64,000 nt of DNA from Eledone cirrhosa (Eukaryota): NCBI GenBank assembly GCA_964016885.1, contig OZ024741.1, positions 366,358,001 through 366,422,000 on the forward strand, written 5' to 3'. A program made the position numbers and the translations under genes. Position 1 is the stretch's first letter, and every line of letters begins with the position of its first letter. The notes beneath the pieces are model-generated. The model ran no database searches and had not been told where the DNA came from. It saw only the letters and a list, made by a program, of their open reading frames with translations. Below are positions 42,395-55,454 of the stretch, in pieces.

Positions 42395-45300
42395 ATTCTA
42401 TTTATTGCCACGAGGGCGCAAAAAAAGGGACAAATACAAGGTGGGGAGTTTACACAAAAGTGCGAGTAAAGAAAACAAATAAATATAAAATTAACAATAA
42501 AGTCCTCAATAGGGAGGAGGCGTTTTGGGGGGTCGCACACACCCCCGAATCAAGTGTGCAACCCTTCTCCTCAGGAGCAGGCTGATGTAGAGAGAAGGCC
42601 CATTCACACGGGCCAGTCTCGCCACTTTCCCCACCTTTCATAAAAACGACTGAGGTGGAGCACCTCTCTCTCCATCCTGATCCTTCTTCCGAAATGATAT
42701 CGGAAGAAACGGATCAGTTGTTGGCCAGAGAAAAAGGTGCCTGACCTCAGTCCTTTCAGACGCGTCCACCATACAACCTCTTTCACCGTGGCTATTACGC
42801 ACAGAAACACAGCCTCTCCTTCATTTTTGAAGGGGGGAGGCGGCTTAATCGTTACAATGGGTCGGTAGTCAACCGGATCGGTCCCACCCGTGACAGCACT
42901 CGTTCGACATAGCCCCACAGATCGGCTACGCCCGAGCAGTGTAACAATGCGTGTGCAACGGTTTCCTCGTCGCACACGCATCTGGGACAGATCTTTTTGG
43001 CGGGGTCCCTACCCGGGCGCCCGTGTCTGTAGAGCTTTTCTCGAACGGGTAGAGCCCCTCGGTAGCACTGCCAGGCCAGGGACTTCTCGAAATTGTCCAT
43101 AGGTCCCGAGCTGAATGTCCTACCGAAGAGGCTGGCTAGTTCGTCTTCCTCCATGTCTAGGGCTTCTCCGAGGGCGTCGTCGCATCTGCGTACCAGCCTT
43201 CTATAGAATGTCGAGGTGGAGTCTCCACTGATAACCGGGTCCGCTTGCCAGAGGGCCGTGAGCGCCTGGGCACACTCAATGCGCCAGGCTCCCAGTTTTA
43301 TCGGTCTTTGCTTGACCCAGGATTGCAGCTCGGTGAGTGAGATGAGTCTGGGAAAGGTTCGTCTCACAAACGGGGCCCACACCGGTTGACCGGTGAGGAA
43401 TACGTCGAGGTGTCGTAGCCTTAATGCGTGTTTACGCAACATTAGCCACGGCATCCCCAGCCCTCCTTTCGAAGGGTCTTGACAGCAGATGGATCTCCTC
43501 ACCAAAGGAGCCCGCTTCTTCCAAAGGAATTGGAAGAGTGCGCGCTCCATCTTGGCGAGGGTTTCCCTTGGGCAAGGCACGACGGTCAGTCGGTAGTAGA
43601 TGACGGACGCTATATAGGTGTTTGCCACCTCCGCCCGACCTTTCAGGGATAGTTTGCAACTAGCCCACTTCTGGGTCAGTGCAAACACCCTGTTCGTAAC
43701 CTCCCCCCCCCCCCAGTTCTTCTCCACCTGGAGGTCTGGTCCGAACCAGACCCCGAGCAACTTCACCGGGCCCTCCGTCCAGCTTCCGACGACGCCATCG
43801 GAGGGCATCGGTTTGCCCCTCCACGTGCCGAGTTGCAAACCGATCGACTTGTCCTGGTTCAGCTTAGCCCCTGTAAATCTTTCGTACTCCTCCAGTAAGG
43901 TGCCGATCGCCCCGATTTCGGAGGCCGTCGACACCATTACTGTCACGTCATCGGCGTAGGCCGACACCGCTTTCCGCAATCCCGGTTCCAAAGGGATGCC
44001 CTGCAACAACTCTAGCTTCCGCAGTAGTGGCTCGAGAGTCAATACATACAGAAGGGAGGAGAGAGGGCACCCTTGTCGGATGGACCGCGCAATTTCGAAC
44101 GGCTCCGAGAGGTAGCCGTTCACCCTGACTATAGATCAGATGCGGCTGCTGTGCATAGCAATGATCCAGCCCCTGAAAACGGGCCCGAAGCCTGCCACTG
44201 CTAGCACTGCATCCAGGTAACCATGGTCGACCCTATCGAACGCCTTAGATTGGTCCAAGTTGATCAGGGCCCCACCAAAGGAGGGTTCGTTCCCAACCCT
44301 CTCTATGATGTATCGCATGAGGTGGAGGTTGTCGTGGATGGACCTGGACGGGATAGCACATGTCTGCGCATCTCCCACCAGGTTGACCACGACAAGCGCC
44401 AATCTTGTTTGCTAACACCTTGGCCAAAATCTGTAACTCTATATTTAGCAGAGTTATGGGCCTGAAGTTACTTATTTCGTCCCCCTTGTTCTCGTCCTTC
44501 CTCACTAGCGTGACTACGCCCTTGGTCACAGAACAGCGAATTCTCCCGTTCTGTTGCCAGTTGCAGTAGACCGCCTCGAGGAGATCGGAGAACAAGTCCG
44601 GCATAGCTAGATATAGTTCGTATGGAAGACCATCGAGACCCGGGGATTTGCGTTTGCCGCATTGGCTCAGCACGTCCTCTATCTCAGCGGCTGAAATCGG
44701 CTCCTCGCAGGACTTCGCCTCCTCGTCCGAAAGACGCCACAGGCCGTCGAGGTATGGACCGAAGTCCACTTCCCCAACCGGCTCCCCGTCCCTTCCGAAC
44801 AATCGGGCAAAGTGCCTTTGAAAGGCCTCACACATTTGCTTAGGTTCAAGGATCGCCCGTCCATCCTGGTCTCGCAAAGACCGGATGGTAGATTTAATTC
44901 CACTCTTGGCTTCTGTCACGAGGGCCCAGCTAACAACTTTGGTCCCCTCGTTTCCTAGAGCACATATTTTACTTCAGACAACGCAGGCTTCGTGCTTCGC
45001 GTCGAAAAACTGGCTCAAAGCCGTTCTCGACGCTACCACTCTGGCCACGTCGCCGCTTCTAATTGCCTCTTCTACTCTGTCTATCAACTTCCTTTCCTTC
45101 CTATTCCTATCCGCAGCTAAAACCTTACTAAATTATATCGAGACTAATCTAATCTCTCTCTTTAGAGATACTCACCAGTCAACCGCTCCTTAACTAACGT
45201 ACTAATCCGGTTCCTGTAAGCTTTACTTGCCGGTAGGGACAAGTTCAGCTTCCAGTAACCGGGACCCTGTCTATACGTTCTATCAAGGTTGACCATGCAG

Positions 45301-46050
45301 GTCACTAACTTGTGGACTGAATAGCCAACCATGAGCATTTCTGGACAACTGAAAAAGTCCCTGTCCTTATTTCTAACTAAGAACCTATCTAGGTACGATC
45401 TCGATTGACCGCTGCGGTTTGACCAAGACCAGGTTGGCACATCGGAAAATCTAGTCGAAATCTATCGGCCAGGTCAAATCGGCCGAGTAACTCCTTGAGG
45501 CTATTACACCCCTCTCTATTGGGACATGCCCCTGCATAGTCCCAACGTGCATCCAGGATACTATTCCAGTCCCCCACTAAAAGCAGGGAACGGGACGTCC
45601 CTAGAAAAGACTCCAGACGCTGGAAGATGTCGGGCCGCTCTGTCCCAAAAGGGGCATATGCGGCTACCAGCCTAAAGGCTCCACCTTCACCATTGCCAAG
45701 GTCCAGCACCACCAGTCGACCCCCTGGGTCCAAGTGAACTATCTGTGTGGCGAGACCCAGATGTTTTTGTAGCAGAACGACAACCCCACCCCACCTCCGA
45801 GCTGACAGAGATATGCGTGCATCTCAAAGTCATCAAAGGTGGGGGCCAGCTGTCGCACGCTGCTGATCCGGGCCTCGCAAATGACCATCACATTTATACA
45901 TCGTGACCTAAGGTCATTTAGAAGCATTGCTTGCTTCCAAGGTGAGCCCAGGCCACGCGCATTTAGACAACCTATTCTCAATACAGCCATGTTGGTGGTA
46001 AAGATACAAGGCACTTACCTCTCTGCGTCCCGGGCAACGGGCCGCACAAT
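42395..46050 (-). mobile_element. Decayed L1/Tx1-clade LINE (ORF2: APE endonuclease, RT, C-terminal Cys motif)
   Basis: IGCLNARGL, LLVGDWN, SYLDRFL, SVHKLV, KSPGLDGLPYE, NFRPITLLN, LDQSKAFDRVDH, RQGCPLS, AYADDV, CPRC..EETVAHALLHC. Multiple frameshifts. AATAAA then (TA)n at the 3' end. Confidence 0.93.
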
Positions 46051-46254
46051 TTATTTATGTGCTCTAAAATAATACTGTGAGCCCCAATTTACTATCTTTT
46101 GTGCGTGAAAATCCCCAAAATTCTTATATCGAACCCAGGGATTCATGTGGACTCCAGTTGAGAATAACTTCCCTAAACACTAAGCCACGCTCCATCCTTA
46201 AAATAATATACATACGTTTCACTATGAGGAGCTGCGGTTGATCGACATTTAGAG

Positions 46255-47535
46255 TATACTAGAATACCCGTGACCCGTTGGGTCACCAATAGTTCAAGGT
46301 ACCCGAAAAAAAAACCATATCTCGGGAACCCATGTCCGATTTGCGCGAAACTTGTTTTATCCGTTTGTATTCCCATTTCAGAGTAATGTTACTTTCGGAG
46401 TATGTTCCCTTTATGTACCGTTTTGACTATTTATGAAGGTTTTTAGGGTTATATTTCTTTCGGAGTATTTTTCCATTGTGCACCGTTTTGGCTATTTATG
46501 AAGGTACCCAGAAAACCCCATATCTCGGGAACCCGTGCTCTGATTTACGTGAAGCTTGTTTTATTTCATTTGTATTCCCATTTCAGGGTCAACTTCCTTT
46601 CAAAGTATTTTTCCATTATGCGCTCTTTTGGCTGTCTTATATTACAGACAAGCAAGCAAGCAATCGCAGAGTTTTAGTATTATACTAAACCACCCGTCAC
46701 CCGTTGGGTCACGTTCACTTCTTGAACTAAACCACCCGTCACCCGTTGGGTCACATTCACTTCTTGAACTAAACCACCCGTCACCCGTTGGGTCACGTTC
46801 ACTTCTTGAACTAAACCACCCGTCACCCGTTGGGTCACGTTCACTTCTTGAACTAAACCACCCGTCACCCGTTGGGTCACATTCACTTCTTGAACTAAAC
46901 CACCCGTCACCCGTTGGGTCACATTCACTTCTTGAACTAAACCACCCGTCACCCGTTGGGTCACATTCACTTCTTGAACTAAACCACCCGTCACCCGTTG
47001 GGACACGTTCACTTCTTGAACTAAACCACCCGTCACCCGTTGGGTCATGTTCACTTTAAAATAATTTTTAAATAATTAAAATATACAGACATATATATAA
47101 TGTAAAATGAAACTGGAAGGTCCATATATATGTGTGTGTGTGTGTATAAATGTGTGTGATTGTATACACATATATATATATATGTATGTGTGTGTATATA
47201 TTTGTGGGTGTCTGTGATCTATATACACTGGTCATAGACACACACACGCACACATATATATACACACACTCACTCTATGTCTCTCTTTCAATCTACTCTG
47301 TCACAACCACTATCTTTCTCTCTCTATATCTCTCTCTGTTTATGAAGGTAGCCGGAAAACCCCATATCTCGGTAACCCGTGCTCCGATTTACGCGAAACT
47401 TGTTTTATTCCATTTGTATTCCCATTTTAGGGTCAACTTCCTTTCAAAGTATTTTCCCATTATGCGCCCTTTTGGCTGTATTAGATTAGAGACAAGCAAG
47501 CAAGCAATCACAGAATTTTTGTAATATATAGATAG
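46255..47535 (+). mobile_element. Non-autonomous Helitron/Helentron-like element(s) in tandem
   Basis: 5' atactag..acccgtgacccgttgggtcac hairpin. Internal ~150-190-bp unit repeated three times (46290, 46495, 47340). 3' ends (caag)n..gagttttagtattata and ..atttttgtaatatatagat. Confidence 0.55.
46684..47056 (+). repeat. Tandem array of 9 x 42 bp
   Basis: Unit actaaaccacccgtcacccgttgggtcac(g/a)ttcacttcttga. No spacers. Confidence 0.95.
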
Positions 47536-48112
47536 ATAACAACACATGATATAGTATAGAGTTCGGAAGTAGAAATACAAATATGAAAATCTTATAGAAT
47601 TCAACAACCCTCTAGTTTTGTTCAAATTAATCTTTATATGTTCCTATCTGATAAACTAGTTAATGTTACATGTACTTTAATAGATTTAACAATTACATTA
47701 CATCGTCTTATTCATCTCCTGTAAAATGTAAAAAGCTTTCATATTCAATAGACACCATATGCATATCTTATTTAAACATAAAATTGCAATCTACAACATA
47801 ATGTTATTTTAATTTTAATTTTGATATCGAAAAATGTTCGAATGAAAGATTAAAATCATAGAAATTTACACATGTTCCCATTCCCTTGCATGCTAGCATT
47901 TTTATAATAAAAGGTAATCATATATCAATATATCAATTATATGTACATATTCGTGATGTGTTTGCATATGTGCTTTATTTTACAGTATGTGCGTCTCTAT
48001 GTATCTCCAAAATGGCTAACTCTATACACACATGTTTTTTACTAAAAAGAAATATATTTCTTCCGTTCCTTCATTCTTTATCCTTCTATTTCCTCTTTTA
48101 TCTTTCATTCTA

Positions 48113-48148
48113 TCTTCTGATGAAGGACTAGTGTCCGAAACGTTAAAA
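48113..48148 (+). ncRNA. Minimal hammerhead (degenerate relative at 19544-19579 on -)
   Basis: tctt CTGATGA a-ggac-tagt-gtcc GAAAC GTT aaaa. Palindromic AACGUU stem III; weak stem I. Confidence 0.6.
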
Positions 48149-48473
48149 CTATTTTTTTCTACTATATCAAAGATATTCTTATTTCTGTTTACTTTTTCCT
48201 TATATGTGTGTGGGGGGGGGCGTGTATGTGCGTGTGTGCATGAGTGTGTGACTGAGAGATACCTGGAGTGGAAAAGTTGGAATAGATTTTATATCGAATA
48301 TTTTATTTCCTGAATAGATTTTTTAGCTTTATTTTTCTTGGTACTTTTGTTGTTGTTTTTATATTTGTCTGTGGTTTTTGTTTATTTATTTTTAACTTCA
48401 CCATTAATCAATTGTCATAAGTTATCGGTTTAATTTCTTTGTCATCTATTTCAGATTCGATTTATGCCACAAG

Positions 48474-49791
48474 ATGCCACCGTCGCGAATGTTGACGACA
48501 GTGAAATTACATAGTCCTGGTTTAACGGCGGCAATAATGCTTCCTAAATTCATTGTCTACTCTGTATGTTTATCTCTACTGATATCATCAGTATTTGGTG
48601 GGGACGTGACACCGCATACACCGGATACACACATGCAGACGACCACAACTGGAGCTGCTGACAGTCAAAGCTCATCGAAAGTTTTGCAACAGCATAACGA
48701 ACAATCTGGTCATCCTCAACAACAGAAATCTTCATCAAAGTCAGCGATAAAGAATAATGGTAACCAGAACGTATTTACTCCAACAACACATCATGTTTCA
48801 TTGCCAGTGTCTACAGCAGAATCGGTTCCGTCGTCTCTGCCAGCCGCCTCATTAGCTGCTACTAGTAGTACACTCCGGATTCTTTCCACATCAACTCAAC
48901 ATCATGAAATGACTAGTTCCATAAACGATCCTTTGCCAATATTGAAAACCAGCGTTGCTACAGCAACAAATACCATGGTAACGAGTACTGAAAAGTATGG
49001 CGATAAAACAACAATGGAAGAAAGTCAAAAAATTCTGAAGAAACTAACCACAAATTTACCGACCTCCAAAAGTTATACTCTACCAGAGAAACCGAGTTCT
49101 ACTTATGAACCTTCCGAACGTTCCGATAAAAGCAGCAGCACAAAACACGAGTTCGACAGTGGTACGTCTTCGTCGAAGGCGATTCCTCAGACAACTGAGG
49201 GATTGTTAGATTCTACAACATCCTCCGTTCTTTCGTTGATCAAAACCATATCATCTGTGACCACTATTTCAACTGACGGCAAAATGGCGTCTACATCAGG
49301 AGTAAACCTTCCTCTTGACGGCAGTGAAACAAATAATAATAACAATAATAATAATAACAATAATAATAATAATAATAATGATAATAACAAAAATAATAAT
49401 AATAATAATAACAATGAAGACAAAAACAACAAAACTTATGGAAATGTGCCAGTAAACAGAAAGGAGTTTCAAAAATCAAATCCAAGAGAAACTGATTCGG
49501 AAAAGAAAACCTCGACTCAACATTCACCAAAATATATATCTGATGAGTTCGGCTTCTATGATATGGAAAAAGAAATAAATCCTTCGGAAGGAGAAACCGC
49601 GGAAAGGGTCCTTTTAAACCAAACGCAATCATCCGAAGATTCATTATTCAATGGTTTCATAACTACAAACCTCACTGAAAAGGCCAACTTGACAGAGAGG
49701 CAGATTTTTTTCCCTGAACATTTTTCCGAAAGGAGGATGAAACACCGTGCTTGGTTCACACAACACCATCGCTTCATTCGACATGAACTGG
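48474..49791 (+). CDS. First coding exon of a host secreted or membrane protein: signal peptide, S/T-rich mucin-like region, poly-Asn
   Basis: 441-codon non-repetitive ORF. Acceptor tttcag at 48454. Hydrophobic FIVYSVCLSLLISSVFG. NxS/T sequons. Donor candidates G|GTAGGT (49791) or AG|GTAACG (49795). Identity not recognised. Confidence 0.75.
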
Positions 49792-50495
49792 GTAGGTAAC
49801 GGCTTTCCTTTTTGCCTATATTTTTACCGGTGTGTTTGTTTTTTATTTTATTTCCAAACGCTTTTTTATTTATTCGTTCTGATGTTTCTGTATGGAAACT
49901 GAAAAAATATTAAAACAAAAAAAAAACTCAATTCATGCTGCTTTTTATCTGTATTATGTATGCATCAAATCGTTAAAGTCCTGAACTATCGATGATAAAA
50001 AATAGTTCTCATATGTGTCTTTATCTCTTATGTATACATCTGTGGTTCTATATTGCTTTTTCTATATCTAATGATACATTTATACATAATACAGATAAAG
50101 TCATGCAGATTGTCGGGGGTTCAAGAATAACAGATAACGCTCTGGTTCAATATAGGTTTCAGAAGATTAGACAGTTATACTTATCCTGACCCCAGTCTTT
50201 CTTTTAGCTCGTGAGGCTTTTAAATAATATAAACAACGTTATTCTTCTTTGTATAAAATAACAATTAGACTTCTAACAAATAAACAATTAGCCTGCTAAC
50301 CATATGTTGTTGTAATAATTCAGCTCCGACAGGGCAGTGGTTGGCATGGTCATTAAAGCGTCAGATAGAGGCTTAGTATGTATTTCGGTTCTTTGCGTTC
50401 TGAGATCAAATCCAGCGGAAGTCGATTTCACCTTTTATCCTTCTGGGGTTGATAAAATAACGTACCAGTAAAGAGCTGGTATAATTGACTGCCCT

Positions 50496-50536
<41 letters not shown>

Positions 50537-52356
50537 TTGCTGGCCTTGTGCCTATATTAGAAATCATTATTTAATCCCAGGTCAATTCTAAATGAGCAAA
50601 CTTATGACAAAAACATACCTGTCGTGGCTATCGCATCCTTTTCTCCAAACTGCGTTATGAAATATGTCATTTTCTTTGATAAGTATTGTTTTACGTATTA
50701 AAGGGCTGTTATTTTTAATCAATCCTGTCACTACATAGAGGCCCGTTTTTTCTTGTAAACTTTTATTAAAATTAATCAGCACTTATGTCTCTAAAATTCA
50801 AATGATTGACAATAGACAAGGCTGTGGATTTTAACTGAGAATCGTGAATAGTTCCTTCGATAGTTCTATATCAATAAAACTGCTCCGGTTTCGGAAAATT
50901 CAATTGCAATGTTCAATAATAGAATTGATATTGAAATTCTTTCTTGACTGATTTTCAATTATTTTAATGCTAACATTCTGTGAAACAATTGTTTCAGTAA
51001 CAAGATGAACTTTAATTCAACATCAGCTATAAATCAAATAACGCTTTATATATTGATGCTTTCTCTTATTTACCAAGGGATGGAATCAAGTGATCTTCTT
51101 TTTGCCTTTCTGCTTATTTCCTTCCTCTTCTCTGCTCTAGTTGCAGATAACTAATGAGACTACCTAAAGCCAAAGAAGCCCACAAAACTGGCAGGTCCAG
51201 AGCGACCTACAGGATAAAGTGGGAAGCATTGGTGGATAAGGAAGTCAGGACCAGGTATGCAGATACTATTGCATCCAAATTCAGAGAACTCCCTGAGCTT
51301 ATTTCCTTCCTCTTTTCCATTCTTTAATTCCTTAATAATTGAACGCATTGGATTGGCAGAGTAGTTATATGATCGGACATAATACGCTTCACTATTTAAT
51401 CACGGCTCTTTACATTCCGAGTTCAAATTCTGACAAAGTCAGGTTTGGTTTTTATCCTTCTAGAATCGATCTAATAAAGTGCAAATCACATACTGGTGCC
51501 AATTAGAAACCATTTTGTTTATTAAAACCTCGTTTGTTTTAATGGATTGTTTACTGTTTATTTATTTATCTTTATTACAAAAATTAAGATTCTCCAATAA
51601 AATGGCTAGTACCGAAAATATAAACGAAAACCGATGCTGCCGAAAAAGAAATTCTATTCCATCTAATAATTCCGTTTTATATATTATTAATTGACTCCCG
51701 TAGAAATTCTATGGCTTAATTAAAACAACCACAATTTATTGTAGATTAATATATTTTAAATGTTTTATTTATAAATTATATACGTATATACATACGAATA
51801 AATTATATATACAAATAATATATATACATTACTTGATTAGATATATTACATGTCGAAATAAATGGAATATAAATTTAATGAATAACAAACCCCCTTAGTT
51901 TCTCTAACACACAATCACACACAAACACACACACACACACACACATAGACACACACACACACACACATACACACATACACACCAACACACAAACATACAC
52001 ACACTCACACATGCACTCACTCATACTATCTTCTTTCCATATAAAGACGCAAAAACACCACCACCACCACTTTTCTCTTTCACTCTCTCTCTCTCACTCC
52101 CACTCTCTCTCTCTCTCACTCTCACCCCATCTCTCACGCTCTCTTTCTCTCTCTATCTATTTCACCACCTCTCTCTCTCTCACCACGCCCTCTCTCTCTC
52201 TCTCTCTCTCACCACGCCCTCTCTCTCTCTCTCTCTCTCTCACCACTCCCTCTCTATCTCTCTCCCCGCTCTCTCTCTCTCTCTCCCTTCTCTATGTCTC
52301 TCTTTCTTTCTCTCTCTCTATCTATCTATCCATCTCTATCTCACCCTCACACACAC

Positions 52357-52521
<165 letters not shown>

Positions 52522-53451
52522 CCTTCCCACACACATTCTTACCATCTTCTTTCCAAAGTGACAGATAATTTGCGCAACAGAAATACGGACTTTATATATA
52601 TTCAAGTTTTCTATTTAGTTCTTATCACACCATGGCAGTATCGGTAGAGGGTCGGACATGCTCTCCAGCATAGTTACGTCCCTTTACGATCTGAGTTCAA
52701 ATACCACCGAGGTTAACTTTGCCTTTCATCCATACGGGGTCGATAAAATAAAGTACCAGTAATGTATTGGGTATTTGCTGGCCTTGTGCCAAAAGTATAA
52801 ACAATTATTATGGGAAATTACGAGGGCGGTGGATTGGCAGTATCAGTAGAGAGCTGGATGTCATGCTTTGCAGCATAGAGTTACGGTCCTCTACGGTCGG
52901 AGTTCAAATCCCGCCGAGGTTAACTTTGCCTTTCATCCTTACGGGGTCGATAAAATAAAGTACCAGTTAGGCACTGGGGTCAATTTAATCGACTTTCCCC
53001 TCCCCCAAAATGACTGGCCTTGTGCCTATATAAGAAACAATTATTATGGGAAACTTCGTAGAGACAGTAATGATAATTCTCCAAACAAAACAACTGAGAC
53101 TATCATACAAATGTAATAGCTTTATGTGTCGGTTATATTCTTTTACTCTTTCACTTGTTTCAATCATTAGACTGCGGTCATGCTGTAGCACCACCTTCAT
53201 TTATACCATCATATCGATCTCATTTTTGTCGAACCTCTAAGTTACGGAAGATAAACATAGAGAATCCCCCCCCCCCAACACACACACACACACATAAACA
53301 CACAATCATACACACACAAACACACACATACAAACACATACACACACATACACACACATACACACACATACACACACGCACATATATATATATATATATC
53401 AAAATGGATGCAGTTATATATATATATACACATATATATATATATATAAAC

Positions 53452-53518
<67 letters not shown>

Positions 53519-53572
53519 TATATATTGTTATATATTGTTATATATATATTGTTATATATATATATATATTGC

Positions 53573-53648
<76 letters not shown>

Positions 53649-54991
53649 TCCAGTTGAGTCACCTGCGGCTTTAGTAGAAGACACTTGCCTAAGATGACTG
53701 AACCCATAACCAACTGGCATCCAAGCGAACTCCTTAATCACTCAGCCATGTCTATAAATGTATATATATATATGTCAATGAAATTGTTGTTAGGTGTGTA
53801 TCTGTGTAAGCATCAGTGCATACAAATAATAATCTGATCCGCTTTATTGAGTGAATGACGTCATCAGAAGAGTTTGCTGTTTTCTTTTTTTTTATTTGGT
53901 GATGTACAAACGAATCTTAATGAACAAAGCCTTCGAAAATATTTCTACAAATGAAAGTGTTCGTTAATTATTTAAGTGATAAAGAAAAACAAAAACTATG
54001 TTAAACAAGAAAAGAATAACAAGTGAATAAAAGAATGAACATACGATCGTATGAAAGAATGATCGTGTGATTGAGTGAATTAGTGAGATCTAAGAAAACT
54101 TAAATCCGACATCTTTTTAACATTACAAACTAAAAAGGAAACAACAGCTCTATAGAAGTCTTTCAACAGTTTAATTACATTTATCTCCCCTTATTTCGAC
54201 TCTTCGCTTTTCTATTCTTTTCTTTTATTTTTGTTTTGTTTTGTAATTTTACAGTTTTTTTTTCAAAATAATTTTGAAGACAAAATTTTCAGCGAGCGTT
54301 ACGCATTTTCTGTTGTCTAATTAGTTGCTATTTTTATTCCTCCTCAGTATTAATTTATTTATCCTGATCTGCACACCACCATATTTCTACTTTCCTTTGT
54401 TCTTTCTTTCAAATGGAAATGGAAATTCGGTTGATTTTCATCTTCACGTTTATACATTTCTTTGCTTCATTCTTTAGTTTTCAGTATTTCTTTTTAAATT
54501 GAACAAAACATTTCCTCCATTGCATCTGTTCATCTTTTCACATTTATACGAAACAATATGTATTTATTTATCTTTTTAATTTTATTTTCTAGTTTTCAAT
54601 GCACATTCACACCAAAAATCTTCTCTATTCCATTGTTTAATTTACATCTGCCATGTCGCCATCTTGGCTACACAGTCTGTCAGTATATGAAAAGTATTCT
54701 TGTAAATTATTGCAAATTTTTTACAATTTATTCTATTTTATTATTATTTCTTTTTTTTTTTTATAAATTATGTCTGGCTTTTTTTTTAAATTAAGTTTAT
54801 TATGAGAATAAAATTTAATAGATAATATGTGTATATAGTAATTGTCTAATAATAATGTAACGTATATACAGGTACACATACATTTAAGTAATATATTTGA
54901 GTATAATATATAATATAGACGCGCACGCACGCACGCGCACACACACATAGATATATATATATGTGTGTGTGTGTGTAGGTGCGCGTGTCTG

Positions 54992-55059
<68 letters not shown>

Positions 55060-55064
<5 letters not shown>

Positions 55065-55224
55065 GTGTTATGTATTTCTGTAGAAATGGTAACGGAAAGA
55101 ATAGTCCTCTATGTATAGTACAGATATATATTATATATATATATATATATATAATATATATCTGTTCTATACATAGAGGACTATTCTTTCCGTTACAATT
55201 TCTACAGAAATACATAACACATAA
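55060..55224. repeat. Fold-back with (TA)n centre and flanks
   Basis: ttatgtgttatgtatttctgtagaaat..cagatata / tatatctg..atttctacagaaatacataacacataa. Confidence 0.9.
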
Positions 55225-55414
55225 TATATATATATATATATTGGCAGTATCGGTAGAGGGTCGGACGCCATGCTTTCCAGCATAGTTACGTCCCTTTACG
55301 ATCTGAGTTCAAATTCCGCCGAGGTTGACTTTGCCTTTCATCCTTACGGGGTCGATAAAATAAAGTACCAGTAATGCACTGGGTAATTGCTGGCCTTGTG
55401 CCTAAAGTAGAAAC

Positions 55415-55450
<36 letters not shown>

Positions 55451-55454
<4 letters not shown>

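Noticed and set aside
46684-47056. CRISPR-like array or repeat protein (LELNHPSPVGSRSL)n
   Set aside because: Units are contiguous with no unique spacers, no cas genes are present, and the context is eukaryotic. The ORFs are by-products of a 42-bp unit.
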